This document shows positions 54,134 through 64,000 of a DNA stretch of 64,000 nt, piece by piece. The stretch covers positions 235,825 to 299,824 of the forward strand of contig JAQGDQ010000285.1 in assembly GCA_030141605.1 (NCBI GenBank), read 5' to 3'. Every line of letters begins with the position of its first letter. Position 1 is the first letter of the stretch. Made by a program: the position numbers and the translations under genes. Source of the DNA: Tubiluchus corallicola (taxonomy: Eukaryota > Animalia > Priapulida). The notes under the pieces are model-generated. The model searched no databases, was not told where the DNA came from, and saw nothing but the letters and a program-made list of their open reading frames with translations.

Positions 54134-57100
54134 TGGTTTCGTATTAGTAGTGATAACATGGTGATGTTGATGATGGTGCTATCGATGATGAGAGAGACGC
54201 AGCCAACGGAACCTGATGAGGTTGACACTTATGATGAGGTTTCATTTTGTATTTAAAATCTGATGTATGTCATTGTGTATAAATTCCAAATTCTGCAGCT
54301 TGTGATGAAAGTTGCGTGATAAAAACCGAACTGCTAAATCTGTTTGCTACAGTAAAGTTCAAACAACTGTGAAATTTGCGCCAGTGCTCCAAATTTTACA
54401 GCAGCAACAAAACTCAGTAAACTGTAAGCAGTTTACATTTAACTGATAATTAACCCACTGTCAAACTTGAATGATGTATAGCCTACGTCTATATACAATG
54501 TCCTTCAACACAAACTGCACCGTAGGCATTATCAAGGTAACTACGGCTGCTTTTATTGCACCTTTAGTATCATTTTCTAAAGAAGAGAATGTTTATGGCT
54601 AACCGAAGGTGCGTATAAAAAGGTAGTCAGTTTGGCTTGCAGTCACTATGTTCAGTTAGTTACTCAACAATTGCATCACATAGTATGCCTAACTTAAAAA
54701 GAGTGCGTGCCCGCAGTAGAATTTATTCACAAACAGTGGGAACTAGGGAAGCCGGCCTAGCAATGAAAGCTCGGCTTACTTGTGAGGTTATACCAAGACA
54801 AGACAAAGATAACATATCAACACAACACAAATGAAAATGTCAACAACGATTTTCTTTATAAATTTCAAGCCTAACACCTTGAAATTATTAGTAAAATATT
54901 CGGTTTTAAATGTGCTATAGTCAATATATTATGTGCTGGATCAATATTTCATTTTATTGTTTGAAAACTTCTTGTCATGTTACGTATCCGGCTCCATGAT
55001 ACAAACCGGGCATTCCAGGAAAGGCCTATTTTGTTCAAATTTCGAATCTAAAGCTGTCCTGTAATTTGCTGGGTTCCTAAAATCACCGTAAACGCTTGTG
55101 CTCATGCTGTGTTATAAACTTTTTTTTCGTAACAGTCATAATTTTGTCTCAGTGGTCGTGAAAGGAATTTATAACTCACGCAGTTAATTGTGTACTTTCA
55201 TCACGACCTTCGTCTTTACGTTAATTAGCATTTGCTAAAGGTTTTCACTTGTACTGCATTAATGCAGACGTGAATGTTAAAAGGAAGTTTAGTCATATAT
55301 AGCCTTTACCTTGAGACGTTTATAGTAAAGCGAAAATGACCCTTTGTCGCAATTATAGAACTATTATATAAAACCCAGGATGCAGAAATAAGACTGTGCG
55401 ATTACTATAATTACTCAAAGACGACAACTGATTTAAGATGTAAACGTTAATTGAATTTCAGAACGGTTGAGATTCATAAAGCCGCGATGTTGCAGTCCTT
55501 ATAAAAGCTACATGAAACTGACGTATAGTAAAAAGATATCGTACCTTCTCAACTAAATTTAATGACATCGCGTAGCATTATCATTTTCTTTATTTTAAAA
55601 TATCGAAAATAAAATGACAATTTAATCATGGTATCATAATTATGTGCCACAAATATAGAAGTTTTGGGCCTTAATTCCCTCTTAAAGCAAAGTTTGAATG
55701 GAAATCATTTTCTATTGAGACATCAAGTAACACGAGCCGACAAAAAACTGAGTAGACGATTTTCAGCTTACTGCTTAACAGGCGTGAGTTCCATTCCATG
55801 ACCGGCTATGAAAGATTTAAGAATCGGTATCTCCAGTTTTTGCAATGGATTAACTGTCGTTTGTAATTTAGATAAATTTTAGGATAAAATTAATCAATCA
55901 TAAGTAATTTTTGTCATTTATTTCAGCCATCTTCTTTTTCAACCTTGTTTTTCGGTAATATAAAGGCCTATAAGCATAATCCTTTCGCTATATGCAATGC
56001 AGAAAATAACTTTAGCGTATGATTGTGTGATTAATTATCCTGTTCGAGGTCTGAAGATGAGTCAGACGAGATAGGCGAGGTGATTGTCACGATGCAGGAT
56101 TTGTGCACGGAATTCCGCCATCGGTACCTGCACCACCCAACACAGGTGCTTAAGGTTTCGCAAACGTCCCATCAGTCACAGATGTTTCGAGTTGTATTTG
56201 TGTAGCAGTTCCACACAAGTAAAGGATTACGCAGTCATACTTGTAATTTAGTCGCTTCTAAATTACGGACAGGAGCACGGACAGAGAGGGAGTTTGTGAA
56301 AAAAGAGAAATGAGGCAGCCCCACCGTCCCTAATAACTGTTATTTTAATTGCGATTTTTGCCACATTTCTGGCGTCCAACCAACTCTGGTGACCTCTAGC
56401 TTTTCAAGCCATGCCTATTGTGCATTGTGGAGCAAGTGAAAGTGAATGAGATGGCATGCAACTACCTGGTGGCCTACATTCCCCTTCTCTGTATAATTAC
56501 CTGCTCGGGCGGATGCGTTAACTGAATTTCAGGGGTGACATCAGAACAAACGTTGGTCCTTCGTCAAGAGAATAAATAGAAACATTAATAGCAGTACGAA
56601 AGCTCAGCAGAACAGTTACTGTACCATGTAGTTCTTTCGATATAATAATCGTCGTTTAAGAGTAACAAGACCTGGGAACCCCAGTGAAATGGACACGCTA
56701 AAATTTCCTGCTCTTAGACACTCAGTGAAATGGATTGTCCAGCTAAACAATTTATCCAAATTTTGTCCAGCAATTATCGCCCCTAGACTTGTTGACCAGT
56801 GAAATTAGGTCTCTGTTTGAAAAATGAAAGCCATAGAATGTCTTTTAACCACTTTACCTGACTTTAGACCACTAAATGGCGAAAGTCTTGAATGAACATA
56901 ATGGGCATTTGAAACTTCTTACAGATTACACCGACCATGTTAGTCACGAATACATTTAGCTTTGTTATCTAAATCCAGAAATGACCTGTAGACTTAGTTC
57001 AACAGATATGTACAAAATCTTCATTTATAATGTTAGAATTACAGAAAATTATTACACAGTATTAGCCTTCGATCGTGTAAAGTAGCATGTAGAAATCTGC

Positions 57101-60100
57101 TTCTGTGAGAGGCAACTAAGAAAGAAAAAACTATTCATACACAGTATGGGAACAGTGGCAGTTTAGCTTGGTAATTGACGAGAAGCACAATAGTATAGTG
57201 TATGTAAACTCACGAAATACATGCTCATTTACCATATTATATAGTTCATCAACCATCCAGCCTGTTAGCCTAACCCTAACAATCCTTGCCTGGTGCAAAG
57301 ATTACTATCTTTACTCTAATCCATAGAGTGAACGGCGGAAATCACAGGTTGAACACCCTGTTCACAAAATGGAAAAAACGATTTTTCTTTGTTTTCCAAT
57401 TGTAGTGGCATTCTTTGCATATAGAAGAAAAACAGAAATTTTAACCTTCCTGCTTTACTCAATTAACTGGTACTCTTTTCTCTCTTTTCTCTAATTCTGC
57501 TCTGTTAGGCTTTTACGCTGAATATATGATAGGAAAGTACCTATTTGATGCTTAATTATCATCAGTAATTAAGTTTAACATCAACATTTCCAATACCATG
57601 TAAGAAAACGACCATTTTCTGACTTCCTTGCTTACTAATCACAGATACTTTCACAAGGAAATATGACAGTGTTCTGCAATTCTAAAACATTTATTACAAA
57701 TGAAAAACTGGGTAAGTCTGTAGGCGTATGAGAAAAGTGAATGTTCTTATAAACAGTTTTGGTCATGTTATCTAGAAAAAAGTAAGCATATAAGTAGGTA
57801 AACAATTTATTTGTCTCTAAATTTTTATAAGATTAAGATAAACAAAGCAAAAAAATATAACACGAAAGGAAAGTCACGAGGTGGCGAAAAGACTAAACAG
57901 TCACCAGGTCAGCTACACTTATCCAAAAATTAAAAAAAAATTAAATGACCTGTCAAGTGGGTATACACAAATAAATAATAATCAACAATTTGAAAACAAA
58001 AAAGAAAATAAAAAGCTTGGAAAAAATTAACATAATAAGTTCAAATGTGACGAACAGCAAGTACATATGGCAAACGAGATGCAACAATTTTTTTAAGTTA
58101 ACAAACAAAACAAAAATTTTATTTAAATCAAGAAACTGAATCCATCGGAAGAACCAATGAAAAAGAATGTCAGTAATATCGAACTGTGAAAATTGTTCAA
58201 AAGTTGAAAAAAGCTTCAAGAGTTTAAATGTTTATTTCAGACTTTCGCCATAAAGTGGTTAAAAGACAATCTATCGTTACGCTTATCAAACATAGTTGCC
58301 AAGTGTAACGGTTATGTATTCTCAAAAACACGTAACCAAAACAAATCTTTACTTGTGCTATGCTATACATTTTTATCGCTTGGTTACTGTAAAACGAGAA
58401 ATTAATAAACCTAGCTACCTCGGGCTGCTTGCTACCTGATGGAATGCTGCTTCTCAAGGTCTGCCTCTGTAACTTTTGTGTGGTTTACTTTCATAATTGC
58501 TAAATTTTCTCGAATTCTCTTCTGATACCGTATAACGTCCTTCGAAATTTTTTAAATACTTTAACGCGAAACTTCGAATTTCATTCTGTCTAGTTTTCTG
58601 AACTGATCAACATGTTGACATACGTAAGAAAGTCAGTAAGTAATTTTTTATTTTACTCCATAAATTTACATTAATTTAACAATAAGATGCACAAAAATAC
58701 AAATGAACATATGAGAAAGGGTGGCGAAAGAACAAAGGTTAATGAGTCAACCATTCTTCTCAGAAAGACAAGTGAACAAAAAGACGTAAAGATTGAGAAA
58801 GCCCTAAAATGCACAATTTGTGTTTTTATTTTACAAGAAAAAGTGGTAGTACTTTTTAAATGAATAGTTTAAACAGGATAATAAGGAGACCAGTAGTACT
58901 TTACATAAATACTTTAGGCCCAATAAAGAGAACATGTCGGAACTTTAAAATACATTGTGAGCAGAATACGAGAGAAATCAGCTCCAGTTTAAATACGAAA
59001 AAAATACTCTGGATTCAATTGAAGAGAAACTAGCAATATTTTACAGAAATACTCTAGAATCAATAGAAGTGAAGACAGGATGCTTTAGAAAATAATCCTT
59101 TACAGAATTACTGTGGCCCAAATAAAAGAGAGACAAGAAAAATATTTTACAAAAATATTCGATAGAAGCTCGATCGACAGGTGGTTAGAGCAGGACTGAA
59201 ATCGTAACAAAGCAGCAACATCGGCGCAATAAATTAGCTCTATCCAATCAAAAAAATCTCAAAAATGTAGTCCTTCCAAGGCTACTTACGTTTCCACCTG
59301 GTATCCTAAATGAAAGAACCTTTTCTGGTTTAGAAAAGCGTAAAATTGCTCAACATGTCAAAGAATTAAACCCGCTCCCAAGTCTGTCACAATTCACCTA
59401 AGCATTAAATCTCTTTTACAATACGCACTTAAATATAATAGTAGCTGACATAAAATACTACAAATAAAGCCACAATAAACTGACCAAAATTGCCAGGAAT
59501 TTGAATCATTTGTTATTACAGGCATTCAAGAAACCATAAATGTGTTCGCACTAGTCATCAATTTCTCGTATTCTTTGCTCCTCATTTCGGAGAATTCTCA
59601 TAATTACTATAAATCAATGGACCGTAAACAAAATTGGGAGTCATGAGCTTTTTCTTTTATTTGTGCTAAATATATCCCTAAACTCTGTGGGGAGATGTAA
59701 ACATGTAATAAAGCTTTGGTCATCTCTTTCCAGTTAGTAAATAGTGACTTAAGGCAGACAATTCGAAAAACATGGTTTCCGCCTAAGGAACTATGGCATC
59801 GCAATTGCAAAAAGTCTAGCTAAAGCGATTCTAGCAAGTCTGGGTAAATCTGCAAAGGTCGTCTCTTTACTTTATTCCTCCCTCCCCTCTTTCCCCCTCC
59901 CTCTATCTCTCTTTCTATATTTATACAGAAATATATATGTATATATGTATACAGAAATATATATATATATGTATACAGAAATATATATATACATATATCA
60001 ATTGCTCTCTCCCCCATCTCTCTCGCCCATGCAAATAGAGGTGTAATAAAAGATTTGCCATCATCATCATCATCTCTCTTTCTCTCTTGCCCTACCATCC

Positions 60101-61536
60101 TTTTTTCTCTCTCCTCCGCGTCTCTGTTTCTTCTTATATCTTTCTTCTTTTTCTTTTGTTCTTCTTTTTCCATTGTCTTCTATTTTCTTGCACCAACAGA
60201 CTGTCGAGATCATGCTGCAGTGCTTCATTGTCATTGATATTTAAATTTGTCACTAATACCGGAGGGTCATTACACAACACTATATATATAACGACCTGTT
60301 AACATTTATATATATATATAATAGTAATGGATATTAAGTAATAGTAATAGATAGTAATAGATATAATAATAATACATATTAAGATGCTTTTAGGACCGTC
60401 GTCATTGTTTTACCCTCTCATTAACTTTTTACTTTTACTATAATAATTTTTAAGTTTTTGAAACAATGGAACATAAAAATGTCGGACAGCTGAATCAGAT
60501 AACTATGAAGTATGCTACGAAGATACTTTGCAGATCAATAACGTTCTCAATCCTGAGACTTTATAAGCCAGTTGCCAATTCGAGACACGCAAACACAAAA
60601 GGCCTTCAGGTTGAAGTTGATAATGATACGTTTCATAGAGGCTTTTATCAAGGTAACAATAAAAGCTCATAATGAAACTATAATAATGCGTCATCACCCA
60701 CAGTTAAATTAACCTGTTTTGAACCGTGACTTTTGCATTAAATCTTTAAAAGCAAATAAATTGTTTATAGTGATCATAAGCATTTCTAAAAGGTCACACT
60801 TGTGCGCGCTATTAGCATTACTAAAATGACAGTAAGATAATGGAAACTGCTGGTTTAGATAATTACAGGTTAGGGCGTTAGAGTCAGGTAAAAAATAACC
60901 TCCGAAAATATATCACCTCGAAAACTTTGCCAAATGACAGTGGAAATCAAACAGAACGTTTTACGCAAAAAGGCTTTGCCAAAAAAACTAGGCGAAAATG
61001 AAAATACTCTAAGTGTAATATATTATTTCGACGCAAATATTATTGTACCAAATAAATAATAGATAAAGCTAAATAAAAAGTGATAGGTTTAAGTAACAAG
61101 CGAAATTTTATATGTTTATATTAAATATTACAAGAACTATGAAGTTATGTTCTTAAGCAGTAAAAAATAGAGTAGAAAGTGGTGAACCAAGGTTAGGCTT
61201 TTTCGCTAAATCGGTTCAAAAATACCCGCAGTCAACACAAAATATTTGAAAATTTCTTAAATTTTTCATCAATCAAGTTGAGTAATTTACTGGATTAATT
61301 TTTTCATTTTTTTGTAAGCTGCGCTCTTTTTTTGTTAATTGATGCCATATTTCGTGTAATGATTTAGGCCAGGATTGTTTAGTGGCCAATTGTTTCATTG
61401 AAGAAGTTAGAATATTGTATCTAAGTATTTATTGACTTTTCTGGCAATCTAATTATAAAAAATGTATTTGGCAATTTGTACAATTGTAAAAAATAGCTTT
61501 TGAAATACTAAGTTAATTGTACAAAATTGTTAATAT

Positions 61537-61700
61537 CATCATTAGGAGCATCAGCAGCATCACTATCATCATCACCATTACCATCATCATCATTGTCATG
61601 GTCATCATGATCATGATCATCATCATCATTAGCATCACTACCGTCATCGTCATCATCATCTTCAATAGCAGCAGCAGCAACAGCAACAGCAATAACAACC
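61537..61700. repeat. Degenerate (CAT)n/(CAG)n trinucleotide tract
   Basis: Read directly. Confidence 0.9.
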
Positions 61701-63808
61701 AACTCTCATACATAGCCAGGTTCATTTTAGGCAGGAATCATTTTTATAGTCAGTCGAGACTAGATCAGGTTCAGGTAGATCAGACAGCTAGGTGTGATTA
61801 GGAAAAAAATTGGTGAATCTTGTGCAGCACTGTAGCCACCATTGAAAAAAACTGGTTTGGGGTTGAAAACCTATGCAAAGTTATTCTAGGTATCTAACTT
61901 GCACTTTTAAGCAGTAAGTGAAAAAATGGTTGACTGAATCTAGCAATATGATGGCTTTTGAAAAAATTTAAATCATAACAATTTCTCCAGGTAATTTAAA
62001 AAATCAATGAAATTGTTTTTCGCTTCCAAGTCTACTTGAAAAAATTCACCCCATTACCATTTACTGTATACTGGCGCATTATTTTTGGTTGCCATTACTA
62101 TTGAAGAATGAAGGTTAAGCGTAATAGTTTGTTCATTACTCATTCATGTGCATTTTAATTAGATGTAAAACATGTTTTTCCACTAGTGCTGAGATAATGA
62201 ATTGTTGCACAAGACTTCCTATTGCCATTGTGAGGCAGTCGAGGGTCAACATATTTTTCTAGATTGCGTTTCCTGTGTCTGTCACGATAAGACTAAGTGG
62301 GCAGGACTGGAGGATTAAACTACTTTATCAGTTAGCTTTTTTCGCCTATCAACTAATCACTTTGCAAATGTTTGCTTTCTCCTACTCCACTTGGTTGGAA
62401 CACCTTTCATAATTTTGTAGGAATGTTTGACGAAGCTTCCTTACTATTTCTTTACTATGCCATCGACAGTTAGGTAACTAAATGCTTTCTGGTATAACTC
62501 ATCATTGCACATTATTCAGTATACTTTTACATGGTATATGATAAAACGTATTTTGTGAAATCCCTCGAGCCTGTTACGGACATTTTAAAACAGTTGGTCA
62601 CAGCACAGTTTATTTAAATTTACTATTGTCTGAATGCCTGGCTATGTGAGTAATTTCTAATTGCCAGTTGAGCCACACATTTCTTCAGTTGCATACATAT
62701 TTATAGTGAATCTGCCTGTAAATAATAATGAAGACAATAAAGCACGTAGCAGTTAAACAATTACAACAGTTAGTAAATAGATAGGTGATTGCCAAGAAGA
62801 AAGCTTCTGATATTTATTATTTTAGACATAACAAATTGACACATCAGTAAAAGGATGCAACTCAATAAATTGACCTGGGAGACCTGTACAAGGTGAAAAC
62901 ACCACCGCTTAATGCATAGGCCACCCAAAAGAGTAATTGTTTTATCTGAGTTGTTTCATCTGCTACTCTACGGTTCTACCACATGCTAATCTTATTTCCT
63001 CATTGAGGGACATTGTATACCCATTAGATCATGGTTAAGTTATCTTTGTCTTCATGGATTCAGTATCTCATCATTGGATGATTATCATTCATAATGAGCA
63101 AAGTTCTGTTCCCATTAAAACCCATCTAAGACAGCGGTTAACTATTACAATTTAAATGTGCAGAGTGTTGAAATGTATAAAAAAAGAGAACTGTAGAACT
63201 GTCTTTGATAAATGCAAGTTACAAGTAGACTCTAGACAATAGTAGCTATGTTGGTGTAGCCAAAACAGCAAAGTACACCGATCAGATTTTTATTTCTTGG
63301 CATTGAAAGTTTCAATTAATAGGTTCTATAACTCATAGCTTAGCATTGAAATTTTTTAAATTAAAAAATTATCAGAAAAGCAAAACACACTTTACTACTT
63401 CTTCATTTGATGCTGCCTTGCTACACATGTAGCTGACTGTGCTCTGCTACGTGTTTACTACTTAGAAGTAATTGATGAGAATATCATTACAGAATAGATA
63501 TGTGTGTGCATAAAGTGACACCCGCTATACACCTTATGACTATAAACATAGATAACGTTTTGAGGCAATAAATAGTCAAGTGGTCATGAGATGAGTGGCA
63601 ACCAAGCCAAGAATGATGGTGAAGTTATCTGTGACTAGATGGGTCGTCACCTGGTTCTGTACTTGGAATGGTTAAGATACCTCTGCCGGTTTACTTTGTA
63701 TCTGTCTGTCTAGGAGCTATTACCTTGATAATGATCCAAGCTTCAATTTCACCACAACCATTTCACATGATTCTTTCTATATTTTTTCCAGTTAAATAAC
63801 TTCTCAAG

Positions 63809-64000
63809 ATGAAGTTGAGTCCTAGAGAATTGGAAAGTCTCTTGGTGCACCAGGCAGGATTTTTGGCTCAGAAGCGGCTTGCAAGAGGACTAAAGTTGAA
63901 CTACCCTGAAGCTGTTGCGCTCATTGCATCCCAAATTCAGGAATACGTCAGAGATGGACACAGTGTTGCAGATCTAATGAGTAAGGGACGAGAATTATTG
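63809..64000 (+). CDS. ure: Urease, N-terminal gamma domain of a eukaryote-type single-chain urease (runs off the window)
   Basis: [64 protein letters not shown] closely matches the plant/fungal urease N-terminus ([26 protein letters not shown]). Preceded by acceptor TTTTTTCCAG (63782-63791), implying an upstream non-coding exon. Confidence 0.95.
   Translation, partial: MKLSPRELESLLVHQAGFLAQKRLARGLKLNYPEAVALIASQIQEYVRDGHSVADLMSKGRELL

Noticed and set aside
57800-58760. Two similar segments around GGTGGCGAAA (about 57880 and 58720), perhaps reversed LINE 3' ends
   Set aside because: Similarity is too short and degenerate to call without an alignment.

Overview
AT-rich, intron-containing animal (invertebrate-type) genomic DNA, not prokaryotic; most short ORFs in the supplied track are spurious. 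Reading splice sites by hand gives five protein-coding genes. (1) The 3' part of a + strand membrane ZP-domain (cuticlin/dumpy-like) protein whose mucin-like T/P stalk is encoded by about 16 tandem phase-1 micro-exons (1648-11671). (2) A - strand cytosolic sulfotransferase with one shared body and three tandem first coding exons, one of them broken (19316-29728). (3) A - strand arylsulfatase with a poly-Asp N-terminus (37719 to about 44621/45316). (4) A - strand protein of about 1250 aa, mostly low-complexity, with a C-terminal SAM-like domain (49299-53928). (5) The first 64 codons of a + strand eukaryote-type urease at the right edge (63809-64000), absent from the ORF track. Intergenic and intronic DNA carries non-LTR retrotransposon relics, MITEs, a tRNA-like SINE head and many microsatellites. 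The most unusual non-coding structure is at 35425-36436: two adjacent long hairpins with unrelated arms (331 and 126 bp) that share an identical 45-nt quasi-palindromic core. All calls are from manual reading; no database searches were run.
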